Source: Gammaproteobacteria bacterium (GTDB lineage Bacteria; Pseudomonadota; Gammaproteobacteria; Magnimaribacterales; AG-339-G14). From it: 64,000 nt of DNA. Under the pieces are notes generated by a model. It made no database searches. It saw only the letters and a list, made by a program, of their open reading frames with translations, and was not told the DNA's origin. The translations under genes and the position numbers were made by a program. The stretch's first letter is position 1; every line of letters begins with the position of its first letter. Shown here piece by piece: positions 31,432-41,834 of the stretch. The stretch lies in assembly GCA_004213955.1 (NCBI GenBank), contig SGZL01000002.1, positions 10,982 through 74,981 on the forward strand. The letters are read 5' to 3'.

Positions 31432-32319
31432 TAGTAAGTTTTCCAAAAGAGCTTGTTGAACATGAAGTCTATTTTCAGCTTGGTCCCATACTTTACTTGA
31501 AACATGATCTAACATATCTATCGATACTTCTTCTCCTCTATGCGCAGGTAAGCAGTGAAGAAAAATTGCTTCTTTATGGGCCAATTCCATGCAGCTAGGG
31601 TCAACTGAGTAACCATTAAACTTTCGAGATGTTTCCGTACTTTGATTTTCCGAGTGCATTGAGGTCCACACATCTGTGGTGACAATTTTTGCTCCTTCAA
31701 GTGCATTTTCTTTGCTTTTAGATAAAAAAACGTTATTTTGTTGAGATTTCATTACTTTTGCATTAGGCTCATGACCTTTGGGACAATAGATGCTTAAATT
31801 GAAGTCAAACAATTTAGCGGCTTCTATGTATGAATTACAAACATTGTTGCTATCACCAATCCAAGCAACTTTAGAGATGTCTAAATTTCCATTAAATTCT
31901 TTATACGTCATTAAATCAGCAAGAATTTGACAAGGATGGTAAAGATCACTTAAGCCATTTATTACTGGGATTGAAGAATTTTGACTAAAAATTTCTAATA
32001 ATTCATGATTTGCAGTTCTTATCACTACTGCATTCAACATTGAAGACAAGACTTTAGCGGTATCAGAAATTGGTTCGCCTCTGGATATTTGCAAATCTGA
32101 ACTAGATAAAAAAATAGAATTTCCTCCTAATTTTTGCATACCAATCTCAAAAGATATTCTGGTTCTTGTTGATGGTTTTTCAAAAATTAATCCTAGAGAC
32201 TTGTTTTCGAGAGATTTGGGTAGTTGGTTTAAAGACTTTAATTCAAGTCCTCGATCAATAATAGAAACAAGAGTTTCTTTAGAAAATCCTTCGTAATTTA
32301 AAAAATGTTTTGGCGACAT
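31423..32319 (-). CDS. argF: Ornithine carbamoyltransferase
   Basis: 298 aa. STRTRISFE, HPCQILAD, DVWTSM and FLHCLPAHRGEEV (HCLP is diagnostic of OTCase rather than ATCase). Confidence 0.9.
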   Translation of the reverse strand: MSPKHFLNYEGFSKETLVSIIDRGLELKSLNQLPKSLENKSLGLIFEKPSTRTRISFEIGMQKLGGNSIFLSSSDLQISRGEPISDTAKVLSSMLNAVVIRTANHELLEIFSQNSSIPVINGLSDLYHPCQILADLMTYKEFNGNLDISKVAWIGDSNNVCNSYIEAAKLFDFNLSIYCPKGHEPNAKVMKSQQNNVFLSKSKENALEGAKIVTTDVWTSMHSENQSTETSRKFNGYSVDPSCMELAHKEAIFLHCLPAHRGEEVSIDMLDHVSSKVWDQAENRLHVQQALLENLLLS

Positions 32320-32361
32320 TGTAGATGCGTTATAGAATTGGTCCTTTTTGAGTTATATAAA

Positions 32362-33552
32362 ATGAATTTTAAAGTAAAAACTTATAATGCCATAGCCGAA
32401 ACCGGAATTTCATTACTAAAAGAATCAGATTTTTCTGTCTCTGAAACAGAAGATTCACCTGATGCTATGATACTAAGAAGTTATAAATTGACTGATCAAG
32501 ACATTGAAAGTTCAATTAAGGCTATTGCAAGGGCAGGAGCAGGAGTAAACAACGTGCCCGTAGACTTATGTTCAAAAAATGGAATAGTTGTCTTTAACAC
32601 TCCCGGAGCGAACGCTAACGCAGTAAAAGAGATAGTCTTGGCTGGCTTATTATTATCGTCAAGAGGAATTTATAGTGGAGCAAACTACGTCAATGAGATT
32701 GAAGGCATAGATTCTGGTGACTTGAAAGGTCACATAGAGCAAGGAAAGAAAAATTTCAAAGGAAGAGAATTAAAAGATGGCGTTTTAGGAGTCATTGGAA
32801 TGGGAGCTATAGGAGCAAAGGTAGCTGATATGGGAGTTATGCTAGGAATGGACGTTATAGGATATGATCCTGCAATATCTGTGGAAGCTGCATGGAAGCT
32901 CCCCAATATGGTTTCAAGACGTGACAATCTCGAATCTGTGTTTGCAGAATCTGATTACTTAACCTTGCATATACCCGCAATAGAAGAAACTAAAAACTTA
33001 GTCAGTAAAGATTTACTGAGTAATTCAAAACAAGGCTTAAAATTAATCAATTTCGCTAGAGACGAAATTGTCGATTCAAAAGCCGTAATTGATGCATTGG
33101 ACTCTGGGAAATTAGGTGGATATGTTACTGATTTTGCTGATCTTGGTTTGATAGAAAGAGCAAAATTAAAAGGAGATGTCATCATTTTACCTCACATAGG
33201 CGCCAGTACTAGACAAGCTGAAGAAAATTGTTCAGTTATGGCTGCTGAACAGCTTAAAGACTTTTTAGTAAATGGAAATATAATTAACTCTGTCAATTTT
33301 CCTGAGTTAGTTGAACCAAGAAAATCAAGATTTAGAATCACTCTATCAAACAATAATATTGCAGGTATGATTGGTCAAATAACGACCATTCTGGCAGATA
33401 ATAATTTAAATATTTTGAATATGGTCAATAAAAGTAAAGGAGACGTAGCTTATAACGTCATTGATACTGATGTGGAACCATCAAAATCTGTTGAGGAGGG
33501 GCTGTCTAACCTTGAAGGCGTTATTAATGTAAGGGTTATAAAAAATGACTAA
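32362..33552 (+). CDS. serA: D-3-phosphoglycerate dehydrogenase with C-terminal ACT domain
   Basis: 2-hydroxyacid dehydrogenase blocks (GVIGMGAIG NAD fold, LHIP, PHIGAST) plus an ACT-like tail. I start at ATG 32362 (MNFKVKTYN). The tracked 32305 start adds 19 unlikely residues and overlaps argF. Confidence 0.85.
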   Translation: MNFKVKTYNAIAETGISLLKESDFSVSETEDSPDAMILRSYKLTDQDIESSIKAIARAGAGVNNVPVDLCSKNGIVVFNTPGANANAVKEIVLAGLLLSSRGIYSGANYVNEIEGIDSGDLKGHIEQGKKNFKGRELKDGVLGVIGMGAIGAKVADMGVMLGMDVIGYDPAISVEAAWKLPNMVSRRDNLESVFAESDYLTLHIPAIEETKNLVSKDLLSNSKQGLKLINFARDEIVDSKAVIDALDSGKLGGYVTDFADLGLIERAKLKGDVIILPHIGASTRQAEENCSVMAAEQLKDFLVNGNIINSVNFPELVEPRKSRFRITLSNNNIAGMIGQITTILADNNLNILNMVNKSKGDVAYNVIDTDVEPSKSVEEGLSNLEGVINVRVIKND

Positions 33553-34300
33553 GCCTGTAGCTATTGTAACTGGCGCCAGCAGAGGTGTTGGGAAAGCTGT
33601 AGCTATATTACTAGCTGAAAAAGGATGGAATTTGACTCTAACCTGCTCAAGTTCGCTCGAGGAGGCTCAAAAGGTTGCAAAAGAATGTAATGATCTTGGT
33701 GCAGAAACTTTAGTCTTAACTGCCGATGTATCCGATGAATCAAAATGTCAAGAAACAGTACAAAAAACCATTGATAAATGGAAAAGATTAGATACTTTAG
33801 TTAACAACGCTGGAAGAACTGTATTCAATGCTCATGAAAATCTAGCTGGCCTTAGTTCTGAAGATTTTGTAGAGATTTATAAAACAAATACTGTTGGTCC
33901 CTACATGATGATTAAAGAAGCAGAAGAATTTTTAAGACAAAGCCCAAATGCCTCGATTGTAAACATTGCATCTATTGCAGGAGTAATTGGAGTTGGTAGT
34001 TCTATAGCTTATGTTGCCTCAAAAGGTGCATTAGTAATGATGACAAAGTCATTGGCGAAAGCTTTAGGCCCAATTCGTATTAATGCAATCTGTCCTGGAT
34101 TCATAGAAGGCGAATGGTTGAAAACAGGATTAGGCGACGAAACCTATGAGGCCACTAAAAGTTTTATTGAATCAAGCACGCCATTGAGCATGGTCTGTAA
34201 TCCAGAAAAAGTTGCCAAAGGAGTGTGGTTCTTTATTGAAGACGCTGTAGCAACAACAGGCGAGACTTTAATCTTGGACGGCGGATTCCATTTAAAATAG
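33545..34300 (+). CDS. Short-chain dehydrogenase/reductase (FabG-like)
   Basis: 251 aa. VTGASRGVGKA, NNAG and YVASKGA (Tyr-x3-Lys) motifs. Confidence 0.8.
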   Translation: MTKPVAIVTGASRGVGKAVAILLAEKGWNLTLTCSSSLEEAQKVAKECNDLGAETLVLTADVSDESKCQETVQKTIDKWKRLDTLVNNAGRTVFNAHENLAGLSSEDFVEIYKTNTVGPYMMIKEAEEFLRQSPNASIVNIASIAGVIGVGSSIAYVASKGALVMMTKSLAKALGPIRINAICPGFIEGEWLKTGLGDETYEATKSFIESSTPLSMVCNPEKVAKGVWFFIEDAVATTGETLILDGGFHLK

Positions 34301-34610
34301 TTTTAAATAGAATTAAATAACCTTTTTGCTAACTCCTAAAAAATCAACACATTTATTCTTTTTTTTAGAATAATAGTTAATAAAAAAAAATTCTTTTAGA
34401 TAAGACTTGATAAATAAAATCAAAAGTTACACACAAATAAAAGAAAAGTGTACTCCCGTTACTTAAAATCAATCTTTAGTGCACTTTTTTTGAACAAATT
34501 GTTATAGTTTACATAAACTATTGATTTAATTGACTTTTTTACATTGATTAAATTTTGATCAATTTATAAAAAACCTTTTTATATTAAGCGCTTAAGAGAA
34601 ATAAGCGTTT

Positions 34611-34645
34611 TTATCCAAAGAGTTATCCACAGTTTCTGTGGATAA
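34611..34645. promoter_or_regulatory. Cluster of three DnaA boxes (two perfect, inverted, forming a 23-bp palindrome)
   Basis: TTATCCAAA 34611-34619 (8/9), TTATCCACA 34623-34631 (9/9), TGTGGATAA 34637-34645 (9/9, opposite strand). The last two form the palindrome TTATCCACAG-TTT-CTGTGGATAA. The cluster ends 30 nt upstream of the ung ATG. Confidence 0.6.
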
Positions 34646-34675
34646 AAAAAATGAGTTTGGTAGCATTATATTTAT

Positions 34676-35344
34676 ATGATTTGTCTCCCAGAAGATTGGC
34701 AAAAATTTCTCAATAATAGGCAATTAGAAAAGCGACTGCTATCGATTAAGCGCATATTAGAAAAAGAAATTAAGGAGGGTAAAACCATATTCCCCAATTC
34801 TAGAAATATTTTTAGGTCTTTAGAATTGATTGCTCCAGAAAAGGTCAAAGTGGTCATTATTGGTCAGGATCCTTATCATAATTTTAATCAAGCTAACGGT
34901 TTAGCTTTCTCTGTATCTAAAGATCAACCTTTCCCCCCGTCTTTAAAAAATATTTTTTTAGAAATGGAAAAAGACTTGAATAAAAAAATTAGCTGCAATG
35001 GCGATTTTGAGAAAATTGCCAAACAGGGAGTTTTATTTTTGAATTCATTTCTTACTGTCGAGGCTCATAAGCCTGGATCACATAAAGATATTGGATGGGA
35101 AGTAATAACGGACTTAATAATAACTTCTTTGAGTAAACAAAAAAACATCGCATTCATTTTATGGGGAAATTTTGCAAAAAATAAAAAAATCTTAATAGAT
35201 CTCAAGCACAACTTAGTTTTAACTTCTTCACATCCATCACCATTTTCAGCGAATATAAGTTTTTTTGGCTCAAGACCTTTCAGTAAATGCAATTCTTACT
35301 TATATTCAGTTGGCAAAGATCCAATTAATTGGGCTTTAGACTAA
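34676..35344 (+). CDS. ung: Uracil-DNA glycosylase (family 1)
   Basis: 222 aa. VKVVIIGQDPYH (water-activating loop), GVLFLNSFLTV, and HPSPFSA (Leu-intercalation loop region). Confidence 0.92.
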   Translation: MICLPEDWQKFLNNRQLEKRLLSIKRILEKEIKEGKTIFPNSRNIFRSLELIAPEKVKVVIIGQDPYHNFNQANGLAFSVSKDQPFPPSLKNIFLEMEKDLNKKISCNGDFEKIAKQGVLFLNSFLTVEAHKPGSHKDIGWEVITDLIITSLSKQKNIAFILWGNFAKNKKILIDLKHNLVLTSSHPSPFSANISFFGSRPFSKCNSYLYSVGKDPINWALD

Positions 35345-36052
35345 ACTAAAGTTATCGAAATTAAATACTTCCCCATTTTTATTATATAGACCCTCTGATC
35401 TCTCTCTATTTTTGATGTAAAAAAGTCCTATTTGACCAATTTTTGAAGCAACTTTCCCCACGACTTTTTGATTATCATCAAAGATATCGTCTCCCTCACC
35501 AATATTTTTAATTGATTTCGAAGAAATAAAGAATAAACCGGATTTCAGTTTTGCCCTGTAATGCATCCTTGCAATAACTTCTTGGCCTGTATAACAACCT
35601 TTGTCGAAGCTGATAATTTTTAAATTTTGATAACCTAGATCGTGAGGTGTAAATATTTCTGTTGTTGAGCTATTAATTTCGCACAAACCATTTTTTATAC
35701 AATTTGTTTTCCAATCTTCAATTTTTATAATATTAAAGCCCTCGGGCTCATTATTGAGCAAAACCATCTCTGATTTGTAAAAAACCTTGTATTTTTTTAG
35801 TGTTTCAAAGGCTTTTTCTGCAATTGTATTTTCTAATATTAAGTCAAAACTCTCATCATCAATTTTTTTAACCCAAAGAAGGGCAATAATTCTTCCTTTT
35901 GTGCTGCAGATAACATTTTTTTGTAATTCTTCCTTTTCTATTAATTCTAAGTCATTAGAAAGTTGTCCCTGAAGGAATTCAAGAGAGTCTTTTCCCTGGA
36001 TTCTGATAATTTTGTGACTTGAAGATATTTCCATAGTCTTATATTTTATCAA
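35336..36052 (-). CDS. ygfZ: Folate-binding Fe-S cluster repair/tRNA-modification protein YgfZ
   Basis: 238 aa. The diagnostic K-G-C-Y-x-G-Q-E motif is present as DKGCYTGQEVIARMHYR. Confidence 0.85.
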   Translation of the reverse strand: MIKYKTMEISSSHKIIRIQGKDSLEFLQGQLSNDLELIEKEELQKNVICSTKGRIIALLWVKKIDDESFDLILENTIAEKAFETLKKYKVFYKSEMVLLNNEPEGFNIIKIEDWKTNCIKNGLCEINSSTTEIFTPHDLGYQNLKIISFDKGCYTGQEVIARMHYRAKLKSGLFFISSKSIKNIGEGDDIFDDNQKVVGKVASKIGQIGLFYIKNRERSEGLYNKNGEVFNFDNFSLV

Positions 36053-36070
36053 TAATAGTAAAATTAACCT

Positions 36071-36319
36071 ATGAACAGTCTTATTGAAGAAGCTAAATTT
36101 CGAAGCCGTCGAGGTTTAAATGAATTAGATTTGGTACTTGAGCCATTTGCCAAAATAAAGTTGGATTCTCTTGATCAAAGAGAATTGGAATCTTATCTTG
36201 AGTTAATGTCGTGGGAAGACAATGATTTAGCTGATGTAATTTTGTATGGAAAGACTTGCGAAAACATGGATTTACAAAAGTTAATTACGAAAATAATTGA
36301 TTTTTTTAGTGAAATTTAG
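36071..36319 (+). CDS. sdhE: FAD assembly factor SdhE (YgfY)
   Basis: 82 aa. RSRRGLNELDLVLEPF contains the conserved RGxxE motif. Divergent from ygfZ, as in E. coli. Confidence 0.85.
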   Translation: MNSLIEEAKFRSRRGLNELDLVLEPFAKIKLDSLDQRELESYLELMSWEDNDLADVILYGKTCENMDLQKLITKIIDFFSEI

Positions 36320-36321
36320 TC

Positions 36322-36348
36322 GAACTTATGCACAATGCACAAGTCAAA
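36322..36348 (+). promoter_or_regulatory. Sigma-E (RpoE/AlgU)-type autoregulatory promoter
   Basis: GAACTT (36322-36327), a 16-nt spacer, then TCAAA (36344-36348). This matches the GGAACTT-N16-TCAAA/TCTGA consensus and lies 15 nt upstream of the rpoE ATG region. The spacer contains tandem ATGCACA ATGCACA. Confidence 0.6.
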
Positions 36349-36363
36349 TGAGAAAGGACAGAG

Positions 36364-36945
36364 ATGAACTCAGAAAAAAGCCTAATAAACTTGGTCAAGA
36401 ATGGCGACAAAAAGGCCTACGAAGTACTTGTTTTGCAATATCAAGACAGGTTGGTTTACTCTGTTTACAAGTTCTTAAAAGATTATGAACTAGCACAAGA
36501 TATCGCTCAAGAGGCTTTTGTTAAAGCTTTTAAAAATATAGAAAAATTTCGTGGCGACAGCTCTTTCTATACGTGGATTTATAGAATTGCAATTAATACA
36601 GCTAAGAATTTTTTATCATCCAAAGCTAGAAGTTCAGAAGTTTATGATGATGAAATCATGGAGTTAAAACTTTCGGAGTCGGCCGTAACAACTGAAAATC
36701 CAGAAAATATACTGGAAGCAGAAGAGTTGCGCACAAAGATGATGGAAGCAATTCAAAGCCTCCCAGATGACATCAGAACGACTCTGAGCTTAAGAGAATT
36801 TGATGGTTTAAGTTATGAAGAAATTGCGAAAGTTCAAAACTGTCCTATTGGAACAGTTAGATCCCGTATACACAAAGGACGTGAGATCTTAGACAAAACT
36901 TTTTCTAAGTACAATATGTCTAATTTGGAGACTAATACAATATGA
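36364..36945 (+). CDS. rpoE: ECF sigma factor RpoE (sigma-24/AlgU)
   Basis: 193 aa. Region 2 (DIAQEAFVKAF, YRIAINTAKN) and region 4 (LSYEEIA...CPIGTVRSRI) blocks. Confidence 0.92.
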   Translation: MNSEKSLINLVKNGDKKAYEVLVLQYQDRLVYSVYKFLKDYELAQDIAQEAFVKAFKNIEKFRGDSSFYTWIYRIAINTAKNFLSSKARSSEVYDDEIMELKLSESAVTTENPENILEAEELRTKMMEAIQSLPDDIRTTLSLREFDGLSYEEIAKVQNCPIGTVRSRIHKGREILDKTFSKYNMSNLETNTI

Positions 36946-37631
36946 GTAAAACATTAGAGCAAAAACTATCTTTATTGATGGATGGAGAAATAACGCCATT
37001 TGAAACTAAGAGGCTGGTAGATGAGATCCATGCAAACCCAAATTTTAAGAGTCTTTGGCAGAGGATGAATAAACACAAGGCTGCCATGCATGGTGAATTA
37101 CTAGATCATAATCTAGATCTCTCACCAAAAATAATGTCTCAAATCAATAACTTCTCTCCTAAAAATTCAAAAAAAATAAAAATCTGGTCAAATTTTGACT
37201 TCTTTTCAATAACATATATGAAAGTGTGTTGTTATTTAATTGGCTTCTTTTTTATTTTATCTCTCCCACTTCTTAATCTTCCCTCTCTTACATCAAATAC
37301 CGCTTCTTCTAATCAAAATATTTTGCCATTAAATAATGAAGCATTGCTTGTTGATCTCGGTTCAAATTTTAATGGTAGTTTGAAAGATTTTAGAATTACA
37401 TCTTCTTCAAGTATGGAAGCAAATTACTTTGTACCTGGAGATGAAAAATCACTAAGACTAAAGGTTTTCTTTGATAATATTCCCGAAAATGAATGGCTGG
37501 GAACCATAAACAAAGGAGTCACTGTCCATACGAGGTCCGGTTCAACTCCTCTGATTTTAAACCTTTCAAGTGAAACCCTCCCCAACCAACGACTTATAAA
37601 AATCTCCAATACTTTTTTAGAAAATAAATAA
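36942..37631 (+). CDS. Anti-sigma-E factor, RseA/MucA-like
   Basis: 229 aa. N-terminal LSLLMDGEI motif of the RseA N-domain, a single central TM (VCCYLIGFFFILSLPLL), then a periplasmic tail. ATGA overlap with rpoE. Confidence 0.65.
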   Translation: MSKTLEQKLSLLMDGEITPFETKRLVDEIHANPNFKSLWQRMNKHKAAMHGELLDHNLDLSPKIMSQINNFSPKNSKKIKIWSNFDFFSITYMKVCCYLIGFFFILSLPLLNLPSLTSNTASSNQNILPLNNEALLVDLGSNFNGSLKDFRITSSSSMEANYFVPGDEKSLRLKVFFDNIPENEWLGTINKGVTVHTRSGSTPLILNLSSETLPNQRLIKISNTFLENK

Positions 37632-37633
37632 CA

Positions 37634-39046
37634 ATGATTAGAATATTCTATTTTGTTTTATTTATTTCGATAAGTTTTTTAAGTTCTGGCGATACAAAAG
37701 ATAATTTTTTACCCAATATTGCTGAGTTGGTTGAAGATACTTCCTCAGCAGTTGTAAATGTAAGCGTAATAAAAACAGTTAAATCTCAATCAAGACATAG
37801 TCCTTTTCAAGGATCTCCTAGAGGTTTTCCTTTTGATGATTTCTTTAATTTTCCTTTTGAGGAGCCTAAACAACAAAAGGAAAGAAAAATAAGCTCTGGA
37901 GGATCTGGATTTATTATCTCCGGAGATGGCTTTATTTTAACGAATCATCATGTAGTTGCTGAAGCTTCTGAAATTGTAATTAGTCTCAACGATAGAAGAG
38001 AATTTAAAGCCACGCTCATAGGTAGTGATGAAAAATCAGATGTAGCTTTACTTAAAGTTGATACAGACGAAAATCTACCATATTTGGAATTAGGAAATTC
38101 AGATGAAATAAGGGTTGGTGATTGGGTTGTGGCTATTGGATCTCCTTATAGATTAAATTTCTCAGTTACAGCAGGAATTGTCAGTGCAAAGTCTAGAAGT
38201 ATTCCAGATCAAGGAACTTCATATATTCCATTCATCCAATCTGATGTAGCAATAAATCCAGGTAACTCAGGTGGACCATTATTCAACCTTAGGGGAGAAG
38301 TCATAGGAATTAATGCCATGATTTATTCCAGTGGTGGAGGCTATATGGGAATTTCTTTTACAATTCCAATTAATTACGCTTCAGAAATAGTTGAACAATT
38401 AAAAAATGATGGAATTGTCTCTAGAGGCTGGCTAGGAGTTAGTGTCCAAGAGGTTACTAAAGATCTTGCAGATTCTTTCAAATTGGGAAATCCACGCGGA
38501 GCTTTGATAGGAAATGTTTTAAAAGGTAGTCCTGCTGAAAGAGCAGGGCTTAAGAATGGAGATGTTATTTTAAGTTTCAATAAACAAAAGATAATTTATT
38601 CAGGAGACCTTCCACTTATAGTAGGAAGAATCAAACCAGAGTCTACTGTCGATGCCTTAATTTTTAGATCAGGTATAGAGAAAAAAATCAGGGTTAAGGT
38701 AGGAATATTAGAAGAAATTAAAAAGGAAAAAGTTATACCTGTTTCTCAAGATAAAAGTGACGATCTACTGGGGCTAAAATTGAAATCAGTAGAAAATTTA
38801 CCCAAAGAGAAAATTGATCAAATTCAAGTTGAAACAGGAGTATATGTTGAGGAAGTGCTCGATGGACCGGCAAAGGAAGCAGGAATTCAAATTGGAGATG
38901 TAATTACAAATATGGCTTTTCAAGAAGTCTCTAATCTAGAAGATTACAATTCTATTCTTGCAGAATTTGACTCTGGAGCTAATCTAGCTGTGAGAATAGT
39001 TAGAAATGGAAACGGTTCTTTTATTACTATAAAACTAGAAAAATAA
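37634..39046 (+). CDS. Periplasmic serine endoprotease DegP/MucD (HtrA family, two PDZ domains)
   Basis: 470 aa with signal peptide. Catalytic blocks TNHHV, DVALLK and GNSGGPLFN, followed by two PDZ-like regions. Confidence 0.9.
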   Translation: MIRIFYFVLFISISFLSSGDTKDNFLPNIAELVEDTSSAVVNVSVIKTVKSQSRHSPFQGSPRGFPFDDFFNFPFEEPKQQKERKISSGGSGFIISGDGFILTNHHVVAEASEIVISLNDRREFKATLIGSDEKSDVALLKVDTDENLPYLELGNSDEIRVGDWVVAIGSPYRLNFSVTAGIVSAKSRSIPDQGTSYIPFIQSDVAINPGNSGGPLFNLRGEVIGINAMIYSSGGGYMGISFTIPINYASEIVEQLKNDGIVSRGWLGVSVQEVTKDLADSFKLGNPRGALIGNVLKGSPAERAGLKNGDVILSFNKQKIIYSGDLPLIVGRIKPESTVDALIFRSGIEKKIRVKVGILEEIKKEKVIPVSQDKSDDLLGLKLKSVENLPKEKIDQIQVETGVYVEEVLDGPAKEAGIQIGDVITNMAFQEVSNLEDYNSILAEFDSGANLAVRIVRNGNGSFITIKLEK

Positions 39047-39060
39047 GCGATAATCCTTTA

Positions 39061-40857
39061 ATGAAGGATAGCTCTTTAGCAAATACTAGAAACTTTTCAA
39101 TCATAGCACACATAGATCATGGCAAGTCTACTCTTGCTGATAGAATCATAGAGTATTGTGGAGGATTGACTAATCGAGAGATGCAAAGTCAAGTTTTAGA
39201 TTCTTTGGAAATTGAAAGAGAACGAGGAATAACGGTAAAAGCTCAATCTGTAGCATTAAAATTTACCAAAGGTGAAACTGAATTTAACCTTAATTTAATA
39301 GACACTCCAGGACATGTTGATTTTGCCTATGAAGTTTCTAGGTCTTTAGCAGCTTGTGACGGCGCAATTTTACTAATTGATGCTTCCCAAGGTGTTGAGG
39401 CTCAAACCCTCTCCACTTGCTATAATGCAATAGAACAAGGATTAACAATCTTACCTGTGTTGAATAAAATTGATCTCCCTCAATCAGATCCTGACAAAGT
39501 AAAACGCGAAATTGAAGAAATAATTGGCATAGATGCAAGCAATGCGCCTTGTATCAGTGCAAAGAATGGAGACGGGGTTAAAGAGTTATTAGAAATAATT
39601 ATTAATGAGATTCCTTCACCAGAAGGAAGTTTAGACTCTCCACTAGAAGCATTAATAATAGATTCTTGGTTTGATCAGTATTTGGGAGTAGTGTCTCTAG
39701 TTAAAGTAATGAATGGGAAAATTATTCAAGGTGAAAAAATAAAACTTAATTCTTCTGGCAATATTCATCTTGCAGAAAAACTAGGGTTTTTTTCTCCCAA
39801 ACGACAAGAAAAAAAAGAATTGAGTGTTGGCGAAGTAGGTTTTATTTGTGCTGGAGTGAGAGATATTAGAGGCGCTCCAGTTGGAGATACTTTAACTCAC
39901 CAAAATCACAATGCTTCCTTGCCAGGTTTTAAACCAGTTAAACCCCAAGTGTTTGCAGCTTTGTATCCGCTTGATTCTGCAGAATTTGAATTGTTTAGAG
40001 AATCTCTAGAAAGACTTTCTTTAAATGATGCCGCTTTGAGTTATCAACCTGAACAGTCTTCAGCACTGGGTTCTGGCTTTAGATGTGGTTTTTTGGGAAC
40101 TTTACATATGGAAATTGTAATAGAGCGTTTAGAAGTTGAGCACGGCATTCAATTATTAGCCACCGCTCCAACAGTTGCATATCAGATTTTAGATGTGTCA
40201 AATAATATTTTGGAGATTGAAAATCCTAGTAAATATCCTGAACCCAATCACATAAATGAGGTTAAAGAACCTATAGCTAAAGCTACCATGCTTGTTCCTG
40301 AAAAATTTATTGGAAACGTTATATCTTTGTGTGAAGAAAAAAGAGGTGTTCAAAAATCGTTGAGATACGTTGGAGGTCAAATAGAACTTATCTATGAAAT
40401 GCCTATGAATGAAATAGTTTTAGATTTTTTTGACCGATTAAAATCATGTAGCAAAGGTTATGCTTCTTTGGATTATGATTTCTTAAGATTTGACAATAGC
40501 GACATGGTAAAAGTTGACTTATTACTCAATGGTGAAAAAGTTGATGCTTTAAATTTCATGGTTCATAGATCTAAAGCAGATCAAAAGGGAAGGGAACTTG
40601 CAAAAAATTTAAGAGAGGCTATACCCAGACAGATGTACGACATAGCAATTCAGGCTGCTATTGGAGGAAAAATATTGGCAAGAGAAACAGTCAAAGCTTT
40701 TCGAAAGGATGTCACCGCAAAATTATATGGAGGAGATGTAACAAGAAAAATGAAACTTCTCGAAAAACAAAAGAAAGGAAAAAAGAAAATGAGGCAAATA
40801 GGAAAAGTAGAAGTACCTCAGGAAGCTTTTCTGTCAATTTTAAAAGTATCTAAATGA
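39061..40857 (+). CDS. lepA: Translation elongation factor 4 (LepA)
   Basis: 598 aa. [17 protein letters not shown] and NKID GTPase motifs, plus the LepA-specific C-terminal domain. Confidence 0.97.
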   Translation: MKDSSLANTRNFSIIAHIDHGKSTLADRIIEYCGGLTNREMQSQVLDSLEIERERGITVKAQSVALKFTKGETEFNLNLIDTPGHVDFAYEVSRSLAACDGAILLIDASQGVEAQTLSTCYNAIEQGLTILPVLNKIDLPQSDPDKVKREIEEIIGIDASNAPCISAKNGDGVKELLEIIINEIPSPEGSLDSPLEALIIDSWFDQYLGVVSLVKVMNGKIIQGEKIKLNSSGNIHLAEKLGFFSPKRQEKKELSVGEVGFICAGVRDIRGAPVGDTLTHQNHNASLPGFKPVKPQVFAALYPLDSAEFELFRESLERLSLNDAALSYQPEQSSALGSGFRCGFLGTLHMEIVIERLEVEHGIQLLATAPTVAYQILDVSNNILEIENPSKYPEPNHINEVKEPIAKATMLVPEKFIGNVISLCEEKRGVQKSLRYVGGQIELIYEMPMNEIVLDFFDRLKSCSKGYASLDYDFLRFDNSDMVKVDLLLNGEKVDALNFMVHRSKADQKGRELAKNLREAIPRQMYDIAIQAAIGGKILARETVKAFRKDVTAKLYGGDVTRKMKLLEKQKKGKKKMRQIGKVEVPQEAFLSILKVSK

Positions 40858-41834
40858 ATTATTATCTAGTTTTGTATGGTGTAATTCTCGTATCTTTATT
40901 TTTGATTATTTTTTGGATTTATTCGGAAAGAAATTTAAACGGAAAATTCAATAAACAAATTAATTATTTTTCATTTCCTTTAGCTATCCTTGGACTATAT
41001 TGCGTTTTTAGACTCAACTTAGATTTTGGCTACATACTAGTTTCTTTGACTTTAGCATCACTTCTTTTTTGGGTCTTAGGGAAAATTCTTGACCTTAACA
41101 AATTGGTCAAAGAATCTAAATCATTCTTTTTCATTTTAGGTTTTATAACAATTTTTAGGTCATTTTTGTATGAGCCTTTTCAAATTCCATCGGAATCAAT
41201 GATTCCTGGATTAGAAGTAGGAGATTTTGTCCTTGTAAATAAATTTCAATATGGGTTTAAAAATCCTATTGGGAATAAAACTTTAATAGCTAATAAAATT
41301 CCTAAAAATGGGGATGTAGTCGTTTTTACTCCACCACATACTTCTTGTTCATCTGAAGTTACAGATTCTTATCCAAAGGGGAGTTTCAAAGCTTTTACAG
41401 ATAAACATCTCATAACTTGGAAAAATCTAAATAGAGATTGTTCAAATCTAGGTTTAAAGTATGTGAAGAGAGTAATTGCTTCACCTGGAGACACCTTAGA
41501 GATAAAAGGCAAGGAACTTTTTGTAAACAAACAAAAAATATTAAAAGAAAAAGTTGAGTCAAATTTAACTGAGTCATTTTTTTTAGAGAAATCTAATCAA
41601 AAAGAATATTTAATAAGAAATTCTAATGTTCGTGAGCTGGAGTTTTTTCAAACTTGGGTAATTCCTCAGGGTTATTATTTTGTAGTTGGCGATAATCGAG
41701 ACAACAGTCTTGATAGTCGAAGCTGGGGATTAGTTCCGATAGAAAATATAACAGGCAAAGCTCAACTGATTTGGTTGCATTGGCCTTCATATGGAAGTGT
41801 ACCCAGCTTCGCAAGAAATCAGATCATCAAATGA
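40854..41834 (+). CDS. lepB: Signal peptidase I
   Basis: 326 aa. SESMIPGL (catalytic Ser), KRVIASPGD (catalytic Lys) and [11 protein letters not shown] boxes. Confidence 0.9.
   Translation: MNYYLVLYGVILVSLFLIIFWIYSERNLNGKFNKQINYFSFPLAILGLYCVFRLNLDFGYILVSLTLASLLFWVLGKILDLNKLVKESKSFFFILGFITIFRSFLYEPFQIPSESMIPGLEVGDFVLVNKFQYGFKNPIGNKTLIANKIPKNGDVVVFTPPHTSCSSEVTDSYPKGSFKAFTDKHLITWKNLNRDCSNLGLKYVKRVIASPGDTLEIKGKELFVNKQKILKEKVESNLTESFFLEKSNQKEYLIRNSNVRELEFFQTWVIPQGYYFVVGDNRDNSLDSRSWGLVPIENITGKAQLIWLHWPSYGSVPSFARNQIIK

Noticed and set aside
32305-32361. N-terminally extended starts given by the ORF track: serA 32305, rnc 41771, trmJ 55185, glnK 56209, nrdB 27051, GST-like 47920
   Set aside because: The extensions overlap neighbouring genes or divergent partners and add non-conserved residues. 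They ignore internal ATGs that align with family N-termini, several of which have an SD or an ATGA overlap.
34301-34675. Chromosomal replication origin (oriC) call for the AT-rich gap with DnaA boxes
   Set aside because: Not called as a feature. Genes on both sides, including groESL, the rpsP operon, lepA and secDF, are predominantly on the + strand with no orientation switch at this point. There are no dnaA, dnaN, mnmG or rpmH neighbours, and only one GATC. It is kept as a lower-probability alternative in the findings because skew cannot be computed here.
36297-36488. 63-aa ORF overlapping the sdhE end and rpoE start
   Set aside because: It is out of frame with rpoE, which has clear sigma-70 family motifs. 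The region is better explained as the sigma-E promoter plus the rpoE 5' end.
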